From Ignavibacteria bacterium (GTDB lineage: Bacteria; Bacteroidota; Ignavibacteria; UBA10030; UBA6906): a stretch of 64,000 nt of DNA. Shown here one piece after another: positions 28,256 to 38,383 of this stretch. The position numbers were made by a program, and so were the translations under genes. The stretch lies in NCBI GenBank assembly GCA_040290295.1, contig PSMW01000009.1:39200-103199 (forward strand), written 5' to 3'. The number at the start of each line of letters is the position of its first letter. Within the stretch, counting starts at the first letter, position 1. The notes under the pieces are model-generated. The model worked only from the letters and a program-made list of their open reading frames with translations, had not been told where the DNA came from and did not search any database.

Positions 28256-28807
28256 TTACGAACTGCTCACCGAAGGAGAAGGATGTTGTGGAGGAGAGGA
28301 TGAGTTCGCCCCTTCCACGATCTTTCTTGTTTCGTAGGAGCGAATATCATTGGGTGTCGCGCTCACTCGTGCCATGGCGAAGTCGATGTGGTCTGCCCAC
28401 GAATGAGCATCAGGGTCGTTCCCGAACCGCTCGCGCAAACTCTGCGTAGCCGCCGAGACGATCGCTAACGGTTTGCTGAGACTTTCCTGAAACAGCAACG
28501 TCACCTCTTCGATGAGACGCAGTTTCGTCCGTTGATGTTCCACCTCCATCTGCATTTGCCGCTGACGTTGTTCTTGTTCGCTCGCCAACTTCCGATACCG
28601 CTGCATCTGCACTACTACGAATGCGACGAGCCACATCAAAATGAGCGAATCGAATTGAAGCACGAAATCGATGATCGTTCGTTTGGTCGATGCGTGCTCC
28701 ATCAAGTTGATCGAGGTGAACAAGAAATAGCTGTAGATGACCAGAGCCGAAACGAGGATGGAGTACTTATTAAGAAAATCTTTCAGCATGACATACAACG
28801 ATTTCAC
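28256..28807 (-). CDS. hypothetical membrane/coiled-coil protein with a His-less DHp-like segment
   Basis: 2 TM helices, a Q/E/R-rich coiled coil, then FQESLSKPLAIVSAATQSL, which resembles a HisKA H-box without the His. Confidence 0.45.
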   Translation of the reverse strand: MKSLYVMLKDFLNKYSILVSALVIYSYFLFTSINLMEHASTKRTIIDFVLQFDSLILMWLVAFVVVQMQRYRKLASEQEQRQRQMQMEVEHQRTKLRLIEEVTLLFQESLSKPLAIVSAATQSLRERFGNDPDAHSWADHIDFAMARVSATPNDIRSYETRKIVEGANSSSPPQHPSPSVSSS

Positions 28808-29748
28808 TGCATCATCTCCTTTGTGTTGGTCGATATGGTCGAATCTTCGGTTGTTGCCTTCTCTACGGGGGCCGAGTGCGGTTCCGCCTTCGGCACCGGC
28901 TTCGCGGGTTGCGGAGAAACCGCGCGTGGAGCATTCGGAATGGTTTTGCCATCCTCCTCGTGCCGGAATGTCGTGAGAAGGTAGGAGGCAACAATGGCAA
29001 TGAGAATCAACACAGCCGAGCTGACAAGAAACGACCGCGTGCGCGACCGACTTGATGTTGCCGTGCGCTCGTTCGGCCGTTCACGCGCCGGCTTTGCCGT
29101 TGCCGATGGCGGCGGTGGTGATGCCTTCGCGAGAATGGCATCGAAATCCGGTGTCGTTATTTCCATAAGGTCCTTGAGCGATGTGCTCGGGGCGCTCCTC
29201 CTCGTACCGGCAGGTGTTGGCGAAGAATGCTCGTTCCCTTCGGCTTTTGCGACGTGTTGCGCTGCGATCAGCTCACTGAGCTTGCGTGTGTATTCGAGCG
29301 CTGCCTGATCATTCGGGTCGAGTGTGCGAATGCGATTGACCTCTTCCAGCGCCGCAATGTATTCGCCTCGACGCATGAGAGCATCGGTGATCTGGAAGTA
29401 TTGACGTTTGAGGGAAGCAAGCGCCTGGGTGCGTGCAGCCGAGTCGCTTGCCCTTCGCTGTTCCGGCTCCGCAACGGCTTTGCCTTCCAACGATTCGAAC
29501 GCACGCATGAAGAGAGAGCTCAAGGGCTCTCGCAGCGAGTCCCTATCGGGAGATGTATGTGCCTCCGCTTCGGCGAGGCGTGCAAGCTGGACGTGCAGTC
29601 CTGCCACGAAGATGTTCTTGGGGCAGAGCGCTTTGAGGTGTTCTGCTCGTTCCAACGCTTCTTCCGTACGTGCGTCTTGCACGAGCGTGCGGATTTGTGC
29701 TAAGAGTTCCAAGGGGGTCGGCGATGGTGTGCTCGAGAGAGCCGTCAT
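28804..29748 (-). CDS. hypothetical TPR-like protein with Pro-rich linker and a TM helix
   Basis: N-terminal TPR-like helices, a PPPSATAKP low-complexity stretch and one TM segment (FLVSSAVLILIAIVASYLL). ATGA overlap with the downstream gene. Confidence 0.5.
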   Translation of the reverse strand: MTALSSTPSPTPLELLAQIRTLVQDARTEEALERAEHLKALCPKNIFVAGLHVQLARLAEAEAHTSPDRDSLREPLSSLFMRAFESLEGKAVAEPEQRRASDSAARTQALASLKRQYFQITDALMRRGEYIAALEEVNRIRTLDPNDQAALEYTRKLSELIAAQHVAKAEGNEHSSPTPAGTRRSAPSTSLKDLMEITTPDFDAILAKASPPPPSATAKPARERPNERTATSSRSRTRSFLVSSAVLILIAIVASYLLTTFRHEEDGKTIPNAPRAVSPQPAKPVPKAEPHSAPVEKATTEDSTISTNTKEMMQ

Positions 29749-29763
29749 GGTGTTCGGTCGTCC

Positions 29764-30984
29764 TTACGAAGATTGTGCGCTGATCGTGTTCTTGTACACC
29801 AAGCGAAGGGGAGATGCGCCGGCGCGCTGTTGCATCTGGCGGACGCGCACTTCAACGTCGCGCGCGTCGGTGTTCGACGGATCGATCATATACGCCTGAA
29901 CGATTTCATCGAGTGCGCGTTGAAATTGTCCGTGCCTGGCAAACTCTTCAGCCGCCAGCAGGTGGAGTTTGATTTGCACTTCTTGCTGCGCTTTGACGCG
30001 TTCGGCTTCTTCTCGCCGTCGTTCTGCGTCCAACCGGTCGCGCAAAGCCCAGAGTTCTTTCTCCAACGCTTTCAGCTCGCTGTTTGCGGGTGCAAGGATC
30101 AACCCCAAGGCGATCTCCGCTGCCGCGTCGTCGAGACGTCCAGCCTTGAGCAAGTCTCGTGCGGTCTGGATATGCGCTTTTGTTTCCGCTGCCTGGCGTT
30201 CGAGCGTTTTGATCTCCTCCCACTTCTGCCAGGTAGTGAGAATTTCGGTTTGAAGCGCGTAGAACTCCTCGTCGGCAGGAAATGCCGCAAGCGCTTCGTT
30301 CACCATCCTGAGCGCGTCGTCGAATGCCGTGCGCGCAAATGCCGTGCGGATTTCCAGAAGCAAGGCATGTCGCTGTTGTTCCTTTTCTGCTCGCCGATGC
30401 TCATCTCGTTGCGCGAGAATCTCTTCGCGCATGCGAACAAGTTCTTCGTCGTGCGGATCGGCCCTCAAGCCGTCCTCTATTTCCTCCAATGCCTCATCGA
30501 ACTTCTCACGTTCGAGGAATCGCCGCGCAACAATCAACTGCGTGTGTGCAGCAGGCGAAATCCGGCGAGAGCCAGATTGCTTCGCGTTCTGAATCTCTTG
30601 CTCGAGTTGCTGTGCTCGTTCATTCATCGGGTCGCACAACAACGCCAGCGTTACTTCGGCTAAGGCGAGGTCGTATTCACCTTCGAGGAAGTAGCGATGT
30701 GCTTTCGTGAGATAATGGTCGTCCGATCGCTGTTCGGATTCGTTCTGGTGACTGCGTTCTGGCGCAGGAACGTTCCGTTCGATCTCTTCCAAGCGTTTGC
30801 GCTCTTGTGCCTCGCCGAGAGAAACGGCAAGCTGTTGCGCCTCTTGGTGCGCAGGATCGATCTGGAGCGCGGCATTGAGCGCGCTCATCGCTTCCTCCAG
30901 TGCTCCTTCTGCAAGCGCATGGCGGGAGCGTGCGAGCAGTTCCTGTATGGGTGAGGGTAACATTTCCTTCATAACCTTTTCCAT
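29764..30984 (-). CDS. TPR repeat protein
   Basis: Repeated 34-aa TPR-like units (ALEEAMSALNAALQIDPAH, LALAEVTLALLCDPMN, ...). Start is uncertain (ATGs at 30984, 30972, 30963; track ORF starts at 31113). Confidence 0.6.
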   Translation of the reverse strand: MEKVMKEMLPSPIQELLARSRHALAEGALEEAMSALNAALQIDPAHQEAQQLAVSLGEAQERKRLEEIERNVPAPERSHQNESEQRSDDHYLTKAHRYFLEGEYDLALAEVTLALLCDPMNERAQQLEQEIQNAKQSGSRRISPAAHTQLIVARRFLEREKFDEALEEIEDGLRADPHDEELVRMREEILAQRDEHRRAEKEQQRHALLLEIRTAFARTAFDDALRMVNEALAAFPADEEFYALQTEILTTWQKWEEIKTLERQAAETKAHIQTARDLLKAGRLDDAAAEIALGLILAPANSELKALEKELWALRDRLDAERRREEAERVKAQQEVQIKLHLLAAEEFARHGQFQRALDEIVQAYMIDPSNTDARDVEVRVRQMQQRAGASPLRLVYKNTISAQSS

Positions 30985-31289
30985 GGTGACAGACACCCTC
31001 TCGTAGGAAGAGTGTCCTCCGAACTGAGGAGAACACGCCTTGACCTGTACAAATGGAACGCCATGCAGATGCATGGATTTTCTCAAGCACTGTTTCGCCC
31101 TTGTGGTGACCACCGACGCCGGACATTGTTCGATTGTAGAAACTTCCGTTGCTCTCCGCTACCTTTGCCAACGACTCGAGAACGATCTTTGCACATCATC
31201 ACCGATCGGCGAATGAGTATTTGAGTTCCAGATTGCTTATGCTCGTGCGGCAGTGCTTCGATCAATCCATCACTTCCACGACTCTCGAT

Positions 31290-32291
31290 ATGAAGATGAA
31301 AGCAATGGTTCTGCAGGGCAAAGCATCCCCATTTGTGATGTTGGAGCTTCCAATCCCCAAGCCTGCTGCTGATGAGGCGTTGGTGAAACTCTCGGCTGCA
31401 GCGCTCAATCGGCGCGATTGGTACATTCAACAGGGAACCTATCCTCGCACACGTTATCCGGTGATCATCGGATCGGATGGTGCGGGCGTCGTGGCTGACG
31501 TTGGGTCGAACGTGTCTCGCTCGCTCATCGGCTCCGAGGTAATTATCAATCCTTCGCACAATTGGGGAGCCGATCCGAAGGTACAACAGCGCGACTTCAA
31601 AGTGCTTGGCTTTCCCGACAGCGGCACGCTCGCAGAGTTCATCGCTGTCCCCGCCAAGTACGTTCTTCCGAAACCTCCCTCGCTCAACTTCGAGGAAGCC
31701 GCAGCGGTGGCGTTGGTGGGATTGACTGCTTACCGTGCGCTTTTCACACGAGGGACGATGGAGCGAACCGATCGTGTGCTGGTGACAGGCATCGGTGGTG
31801 GTGTGGCAATCACAGCATTGCAATTTGCGCGTGCGTTTGGCGCGACGGTGTACGTCACGTCCGGCTCGGATGAGAAGCTGGGCAAGGCGATGGCGTTGGG
31901 CGCTGTCGAAGGCGTGAATTACTCACGCCCATCGTGGACAGAGGAGTTGAAAAAGGTGTCTGAAGGATTCGATCTCATCATCGATGGTGCTGCAGGTCCA
32001 GGTTTCGCAGAGCTGTTGGATGTTGCTGCCCCCGCAGGCCGCATCGTTGTGTATGGTTCGGTGCAGGGCAAAATTCAGAATGCCGAGCCGGCGCGCATCT
32101 TCTGGAAACAACTCTCCATCCTCGGCTCGACGATGGGAACGGAGGACGAGTTCGTTGCGATGCTGCGCTTCGTCGAACGCTATGCGATCAAACCGGTTAT
32201 CGACAGTGTCTATCCTCTCGCGGCTGCAAACAATGCGATGGAGCGACTGGCAAGCGGCAAACAGTTCGGCAAGATCGTGCTGCGCCATTAA
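31290..32291 (+). CDS. zinc-type alcohol dehydrogenase / quinone oxidoreductase (MDR family)
   Basis: MKAMVL start, GSDGAGVV, and the nucleotide-binding VLVTGIGGGVA motif. Confidence 0.85.
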   Translation: MKMKAMVLQGKASPFVMLELPIPKPAADEALVKLSAAALNRRDWYIQQGTYPRTRYPVIIGSDGAGVVADVGSNVSRSLIGSEVIINPSHNWGADPKVQQRDFKVLGFPDSGTLAEFIAVPAKYVLPKPPSLNFEEAAAVALVGLTAYRALFTRGTMERTDRVLVTGIGGGVAITALQFARAFGATVYVTSGSDEKLGKAMALGAVEGVNYSRPSWTEELKKVSEGFDLIIDGAAGPGFAELLDVAAPAGRIVVYGSVQGKIQNAEPARIFWKQLSILGSTMGTEDEFVAMLRFVERYAIKPVIDSVYPLAAANNAMERLASGKQFGKIVLRH

Positions 32292-32316
32292 ACCGCCTGG
32301 TGGATGGCGGAGTCTC

Positions 32317-32743
32317 ATGTTTGCCAGACGCACGACGCGCGGCAGATCTCATCCTGAACATATCCCGTGGGAGTGTACCAGGCGAACAATCCTTCTCACC
32401 CTGCTAAGTGCAATCATCATAGTTGTTCTTCCATCCACAACCATGCTTGCGCAAGGTCCTTGGCGCGCTCGGCTTTCGCCGGAAGAACGAACGGCACAGT
32501 TGAAGAAAGCACTCAACCTCTCGGACGAACAAGCAGCAAAAGTGAAAGCGATATTCGAGCAGCACGACAAAGAGTTGCGCAAACTTTTCGATCAAAAAAA
32601 ACACTGGCGATCGCTCCGTCATGCGCGAAGCTGTGCGGCACAAGGCGGCCGAAACCGACGAGAAGATTCTCGCTCTTCTCAACGCGGAGCAGAAGGCGAA
32701 GTACAAGCAGTGGGTGCAGAAACGCCGTGAGCGTTTCCAGTAG
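32317..32743 (+). pseudogene. periplasmic LTXXQ-motif (CpxP/Spy/ZraP family) protein, frame broken at an A8 run
   Basis: Signal/TM then LSDEQ and LNAEQ motifs. The frame switches at A8 (32594-32601). With A7 the ORF reads ...LFDQKNTGDRSVMREAV...NAEQKAKYKQWVQKRRERFQ and stops at 32741-32743. Confidence 0.55.
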
Positions 32744-33051
32744 CGGCGAGACTAACAGTTTCTCGCTTTACACATCTTTACCACAAATATGGTATTGCAC
32801 CTCCTGCGACTGTTGTGTTTCTTGTATACACGGGTTGCACGTGTGCCGTGAATGGTGACGGTGACTTTGTTGCCTCAGCACCAACGGATCAGACCTCGAC
32901 AAGCGAGTTCCTGCAGACCCCTCGCCCGGTTCACCGCCTCCGCTTTCTCTTCTCTTTCTCACTTGGTAACGATCGGCAGAGTGGATCCCAAACCCCCACT
33001 TGTTTTTCCTTCCACACTCTCCTACATTGATACACAAAGGTTTTCTTCGCC

Positions 33052-34932
33052 ATGGTAGGAACGATACGTTCGAAAATCATTTGGGCGTTTGGACTGATCG
33101 TTTCGCTGAACCTTGCAGCGAGCTTTCTGTCCATCTACAATTTTTACGCGCTGGGGACAACGGTTGCTACCATCCTGCGGGAAAACTACTTGAGCGTGCT
33201 CGCGGCGGAAAATATGGTGAAGTATTTGGAGGGGCAGGACAATGCGCTGTTGGTTGCCAGTCAGGGCGAAGAAGCAGGCGTGAGCGGCAGCTTCGAGGAC
33301 AAGCGCATGTCGTTCTACTACTGGTACGAGCAAGCGTTCCGCACGATGCCGGAAGGAAAATTGGTCGGGGTGCGCGACTCCCTACAATCCGTACGCAAGA
33401 AGTACGTGGCGGTCACCGACACCATGCGCGGCATGATCCAGCAGGGGGCGTTCATGCAGGCGAAGACCTACTACTACGAATCGGTTCGGCCCGTCTCGGA
33501 AGAACTCCGCACCCTCTGCTTCCGACTCTTCGAGTACAATCAGGCGGCGATGTACCAACTCGAAAGCAAAACGCATACGATTGCCAACCAAGCTGCCTAC
33601 GGGATGATTCTCGCTTCGATCATTTCGTTGGCGTTGAGCGTGATCGCCACCGTGTGGCTCACGAAAGGACTCATCAAACCGGCGGAGGCGTTGACCGAGC
33701 GAGTGAAGCAAATTGGGGCGGGACAGTTGGATTTGAAAATCGATGTGCTTTCCAACGACGAGATCGGCGCATTGAGTCGGGAGTTCAACAAAATGACCGA
33801 ACGCTTGCGCCGTTTCGAGCAAATGAACATCGATAAGATTCTTGCCGAGAAACGAAAGTCGGAAGCCATCGTGGACAGCATCTCCGACGGCATCATCGTT
33901 ACCGACGCGCAGATGAATATCCTTCATATCAATAATTTGATTGCGGAGCTCTTCGGCTATCGCGATGTCGATGCGATCGGCAAACCCGTTGCTTCGGTCA
34001 TACAGGACGAACGCATCATGAGCTTGATCGGCTCAGCCTCGCGCGAGAACAACGACGGCAACAGCGAACGCCACGATGCCGATTCGGTGACGCTGCTGCA
34101 CTTCAGTCGGGGTGAGCGCTCCATGTACTTCCGGCCCAAACTCACGCGCGTCTTCGACAGCGAAGGACACCTCTACGGTGTGTTGACGGTTCTTCAGGAC
34201 GTCACACAGTTCAAAGAACTCGATCGCATGAAATCGGACTTCATCGCAACGCTCTCGCACGAGTTTCGGACACCCTTAACCTCCATCAACATGAGCGTGG
34301 ACATCTTGAATCAAGAATTGTTGGGTCCGTTGAACGAACGCCAGAAGGAATTGATCGGCACGACGTTGGAGGATGTGCACCGACTGACTAAACTTGCTCG
34401 CGAACTGCTGCAATTATCGAAACTCGAATCGGGAAGGCTGCAGTGCAAGAACGAAGAGCTGGATGTCCGCTCGGTGATCGAAGCGACTCTCCGCTCGTTG
34501 CAGATTCAGTTCCAAGAGAAAGGTGTAGCGTTGCGGACGGACATTCCCACGGATCTCCCCACGCTCCTTGCGGACGAACAACAATTCTCGTGGGTGATCA
34601 ACAATCTCGTTACAAACGCTCTGAAGTACACCGACAGTGGGGGTGCCGTGACCATTCGCGTCAGGCAGCGGCAGGGCGATATGCTCTTCGAAGTAGAGGA
34701 TACGGGGCACGGGATCGCACAAGAACATCTCGACAAAATTTTCGACAAGTTCGTGCAGGTGAAGAGTGCGTCCATCGCAACACCCGGTAGCGTGGGCTTG
34801 GGCCTGGCGATCGCCAAAGAGATCGTGGAAGTGTATGGAGGAAAGATCTGGGCAGTGAGCGAAGTCGGAAAAGGAAGCACGTTCTCCTTTACGCTGCCTC
34901 TGCAACCTGCCACCGCGATGTCACAGTCATGA
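33052..34932 (+). CDS. sensor histidine kinase (periplasmic helical sensor-HAMP-PAS-HisKA-HATPase)
   Basis: H-box FIATLSHEFRTPLTSI, N-box NLVTNALKYT, and G-boxes EDTGHGI / GSVGLGLAI. Confidence 0.9.
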   Translation: MVGTIRSKIIWAFGLIVSLNLAASFLSIYNFYALGTTVATILRENYLSVLAAENMVKYLEGQDNALLVASQGEEAGVSGSFEDKRMSFYYWYEQAFRTMPEGKLVGVRDSLQSVRKKYVAVTDTMRGMIQQGAFMQAKTYYYESVRPVSEELRTLCFRLFEYNQAAMYQLESKTHTIANQAAYGMILASIISLALSVIATVWLTKGLIKPAEALTERVKQIGAGQLDLKIDVLSNDEIGALSREFNKMTERLRRFEQMNIDKILAEKRKSEAIVDSISDGIIVTDAQMNILHINNLIAELFGYRDVDAIGKPVASVIQDERIMSLIGSASRENNDGNSERHDADSVTLLHFSRGERSMYFRPKLTRVFDSEGHLYGVLTVLQDVTQFKELDRMKSDFIATLSHEFRTPLTSINMSVDILNQELLGPLNERQKELIGTTLEDVHRLTKLARELLQLSKLESGRLQCKNEELDVRSVIEATLRSLQIQFQEKGVALRTDIPTDLPTLLADEQQFSWVINNLVTNALKYTDSGGAVTIRVRQRQGDMLFEVEDTGHGIAQEHLDKIFDKFVQVKSASIATPGSVGLGLAIAKEIVEVYGGKIWAVSEVGKGSTFSFTLPLQPATAMSQS

Positions 34933-36254
34933 GTGCTGCGCCGGCAAAAGCCTCTGTTCTGCTCGTGGACGACGAGCAGAATATCCTCAAGACCGTCACC
35001 ATCGGACTGGAAGCAGTGGGCTTCGACGTGACGGCCTTTGCCGATCCTCTCAAAGCACTCGATGCACTCCGCCAGCGAACATTCGATCTGGCCTTTTATG
35101 ACTTGAAAATGTCTCCCGTCGATGGAATGGAACTGCTGCGCGAAACCCGCCGCATCAGTCCGAGCACGACCGTCATCCTGATGACCGCGCACGGCAGCAT
35201 CGATTCGGCGGTGGAGGCGATCAAGCTGGGCGCGTTCGACTATATTCAGAAGCCGTTCGAGTTCAACGAGCTGGAATTGTTCGCGAAGAAAGTGTACGAG
35301 CACCACAAGCTCAAGCAGGAACTGGTGGAACTCCGGGAAGAACTGCAACGCACAAAGACGGGCGAGATCGTTACACGCAGCGAGCGTATGCGCGCTGTGG
35401 TGGACCTTGCGCTCCAGGTGGCGCCGGGCAACATTACTGTGCTGCTGCAAGGTGAGAGCGGCACCGGCAAGGAGCTTCTCGCTCACCTTATTCACGACAA
35501 CAGCCCGCGGCGAGAGAAGCCGTTCGTTGTCGTCAACTGTGCGGCGCTTGCCGAGCAACTCTTGGAGAGTGAACTGTTCGGTCATGTGAAGGGGGCTTTC
35601 ACCGGCGCGACAAAGGATCGTCAAGGACGTTTCGAGGCGGCAGATGGCGGAACGATCTTCCTCGACGAGATTGGTGAGGTGCCGCTTTCGACGCAGGTAA
35701 AGTTGTTGCGTTTTCTGCAAAGCAAGGAATTCGAACGCGTCGGTGAAACCGAGACAAGAAAAGTCGATGTGCGTGTTCTCGCGGCAACGAACAAGAATCT
35801 CGAGGAGGCAGTAGATCGCGGAGGCTTCCGCGAGGATTTGTTCTATCGACTCAATGCGGTGACTTTGAAGGTGCCGCCGTTACGCGAGCGTATGGAGGAT
35901 ATACCGTTGCTGGTGACACATTTTCTTCGGAAGTTCGGCAGCAGCAGCGAGCTTTCGCAGGAAGCATTCACCGCACTGAAAAGCTACACCTGGAAGGGGA
36001 ACGTGCGTGAACTGGAAAACGTCATCGAACGTGCCGTGTTGTTGGCGCGAGGCGGGGACATTCGATTGGAGCATCTCCCCGAACAGTTCCAGAACCTTGC
36101 CGCGCCTGCCGCCCATCTTCTTTCGCTCGAAGAGATGGAACGACAGCACATCGTCAAAGTGCTGCGGATCGCGAAGGACCTCGAAGAGGCTGCCGCCATT
36201 CTCGACATCGATCCCGCAACACTCTGGCGGAAGCGGAAGAAGTTTCAGCTATGA
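34929..36254 (+). CDS. sigma-54-dependent response regulator (NtrC/ZraR type)
   Basis: Receiver (VLLVDDE ... DLKMSPVDG), AAA+ with GESGTGKE, an intact GAFTGA and GGTIFLDEI, and a C-terminal HTH. ATGA overlap with the kinase gene. Confidence 0.9.
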   Translation: MSAAPAKASVLLVDDEQNILKTVTIGLEAVGFDVTAFADPLKALDALRQRTFDLAFYDLKMSPVDGMELLRETRRISPSTTVILMTAHGSIDSAVEAIKLGAFDYIQKPFEFNELELFAKKVYEHHKLKQELVELREELQRTKTGEIVTRSERMRAVVDLALQVAPGNITVLLQGESGTGKELLAHLIHDNSPRREKPFVVVNCAALAEQLLESELFGHVKGAFTGATKDRQGRFEAADGGTIFLDEIGEVPLSTQVKLLRFLQSKEFERVGETETRKVDVRVLAATNKNLEEAVDRGGFREDLFYRLNAVTLKVPPLRERMEDIPLLVTHFLRKFGSSSELSQEAFTALKSYTWKGNVRELENVIERAVLLARGGDIRLEHLPEQFQNLAAPAAHLLSLEEMERQHIVKVLRIAKDLEEAAAILDIDPATLWRKRKKFQL

Positions 36255-36372
36255 GCATTGCCTGCAGGTTCCTGTTCGGTGCGACGCTGTGTGCGCGTTG
36301 CATTGAAGCCTTCTCTCAGAAGTTGTATATTGGTGCCGACATCCTCCCTTACCAACAAATCTTCGAGAAGCC

Positions 36373-37317
36373 ATGAAACACGAGAAGACGTACGAAGAAA
36401 AACTCGCGGAGTTCGAAACACGAGTCGCTCGCGGCGAGAAAATCGAGCCGGGCGATTGGATGCCGGACGAGTATCGTAAGACGCTTATTCGGATGATCGG
36501 TCAGCATGCACACAGTGAAATTGTCGGGCAGTTGCCGGAAGGAAAGTGGATTCCCTACGCGCCAGGCTTTCGGCGGAAGTTGACGCTCATTGCAAAAGTG
36601 CAAGACGAGGCGGGGCATGGACAACTTCTCTACCGCGCGGCCGAAACGCTCGGCAAGTCACGCGAAGAGTTGCTCGAAGAACTTCTCGCCGGCAAAGCGA
36701 AGTACGCAAACGTCTTCAACTACCCGACACCAACCTGGGCGGATGTCGGCGTCATCGGATGGTTGGTGGATATGGCGGCGGTGGTCAACCAAACGATGCT
36801 TCAGCAATCGTCCTACGGACCGTATGCGCGAGCAATGAAGCGCATCTGCTACGAAGAGTCGTTCCACATCAAACAGGGATACGATCTCGTGGTCGCTCTG
36901 GCAAAGGGAGCGCCCGAGCAGCGTGCCATGGTACAAGATGCGATCAACCGTTGGTGGTACCCCACGCTCATGATGTCGGGCCCGCCGGATCATCTCTCTG
37001 TGCACTCGCAACAATCGCTCAAATGGCGCATCAAGACGAAATCGAACGAGCAGGTGCGCCAAGAGTACGTTGATTTGATCGTGCCACAGATTCGCGCGCT
37101 CAGTTTGATGATCCCCGATCCTGATCTGCACTACGACGAGACGACGGGACACTGGGTGTACACACCACCGGACTGGGAGGAATTGAAGCGCGTTGTCAAC
37201 GGTGACGGTCCTTGCAACAAGGAGCGGCTGGAAGCGCGACGGCGTGCGCATGAAGAAGGGCGGTGGGTGCGCGAAGCACTCGCAGCAAAAGCCAAACGCA
37301 AGGAAGCCGCGGCATGA
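36373..37317 (+). CDS. paaA: 1,2-phenylacetyl-CoA epoxidase subunit A
   Basis: Strong resemblance to PaaA ([41 protein letters not shown]). Confidence 0.85.
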   Translation: MKHEKTYEEKLAEFETRVARGEKIEPGDWMPDEYRKTLIRMIGQHAHSEIVGQLPEGKWIPYAPGFRRKLTLIAKVQDEAGHGQLLYRAAETLGKSREELLEELLAGKAKYANVFNYPTPTWADVGVIGWLVDMAAVVNQTMLQQSSYGPYARAMKRICYEESFHIKQGYDLVVALAKGAPEQRAMVQDAINRWWYPTLMMSGPPDHLSVHSQQSLKWRIKTKSNEQVRQEYVDLIVPQIRALSLMIPDPDLHYDETTGHWVYTPPDWEELKRVVNGDGPCNKERLEARRRAHEEGRWVREALAAKAKRKEAAA

Positions 37318-37598
37318 ACGATACACAGTTCGAAACGTACGAAGTGTTTCATCAGCGAAAGAGGGGCGATCCGCATATTCATGTCGGGGCGGTGCACGCT
37401 CCCGATCCGCACGTGGCGTTGCAGTATGCCCGCGACCAATTTGCACGTCGCCTCCCGTGCGTCAGCTTGTGGGTGGTGAAGAGTACCGACATTACTGCCA
37501 CAGACTACCAGGACGAGCGCTTCTTCAACATCGCGCTCGATAAGTCCTACCGCGACCCGAAGGATTTCGATGCACCCGTGAAGGAGCCGACCGAATGA
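37314..37598 (+). CDS. paaB: 1,2-phenylacetyl-CoA epoxidase subunit B
   Basis: [23 protein letters not shown] is PaaB-like. ATGA overlap with paaA. Confidence 0.8.
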   Translation: MNDTQFETYEVFHQRKRGDPHIHVGAVHAPDPHVALQYARDQFARRLPCVSLWVVKSTDITATDYQDERFFNIALDKSYRDPKDFDAPVKEPTE

Positions 37599-38383
37599 GC
37601 GCCGCATTTCCACAGGATGCTCTCCAGACGCTGCTGCTGGCGCTCGCTGACGATGAGTTGATGCTAGGGCATCGCAACGCGGAATGGACGGGACACGCGC
37701 CGGTTCTCGAGGAGGATATCGCCTTCTCCAACATCGCGCAAGATGAGCTGGGGCATTCGCTTCTCTGGTACACGCTCTACCAACAGCTCACGGGGAAGGA
37801 GCCGGATGCGATGGCGTTCGAGCGGGCGTGGCATGATTTCACCTGTTGCCGATTCGTAACGTATCCGAAAGGCGATTTCGCCTATACGGTGGTACGCCAA
37901 TATCTTTTCGATGAAGCGGAACAAGTGCGGCTCCGAGCGTTTGCACACTCTACGTATCTTCCCATCAAAGAAGCCGCAGCCAAAATCCTGCGCGAGGAAG
38001 CATATCACATTCTCCACTCCAAAGGATTGGTCGAGCGGCTTGGCGATGCGACCGACGAGAGTCACCGCCGAATGCAAGCAGCAGTCGATGTAGCCTTTCC
38101 GCAAGCGCTCGGCATGTTCGAAGAGGTGGAAGGCGAGCAGGAGTTGATCGCCGCAGGAGTTTTTCCGGGGCATGCAACGTTGCAAGCAGAGTGGATGCGA
38201 CACGTCGTTCCGGTTTTGACGGGCGCGACGCTTGCCGTTCCTGTCAAGGACCGCGCAGGTGTGTACAGCGTTCAGACCACACCGGATAATGGCGGACGGA
38301 GGCGTGACCACAACGCCCACTTGCAGCAACTTGTGGATGATTTGCAAGCAGTCTATCGCATAGCGCCAGGAGCGCGGTGGTGA
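37595..38383 (+). CDS. paaC: 1,2-phenylacetyl-CoA epoxidase subunit C
   Basis: LALADDELMLGHRNAEWTGHAPVLEEDIAFSNIAQDELGH is PaaC-like. Overlaps the paaB stop. Confidence 0.8.
   Translation: MSAAFPQDALQTLLLALADDELMLGHRNAEWTGHAPVLEEDIAFSNIAQDELGHSLLWYTLYQQLTGKEPDAMAFERAWHDFTCCRFVTYPKGDFAYTVVRQYLFDEAEQVRLRAFAHSTYLPIKEAAAKILREEAYHILHSKGLVERLGDATDESHRRMQAAVDVAFPQALGMFEEVEGEQELIAAGVFPGHATLQAEWMRHVVPVLTGATLAVPVKDRAGVYSVQTTPDNGGRRRDHNAHLQQLVDDLQAVYRIAPGARW

Noticed and set aside
34506-35720. 404-aa minus-strand ORF across the kinase/regulator junction.
   Set aside because: It is antisense to two well-conserved genes and has no recognisable domains.
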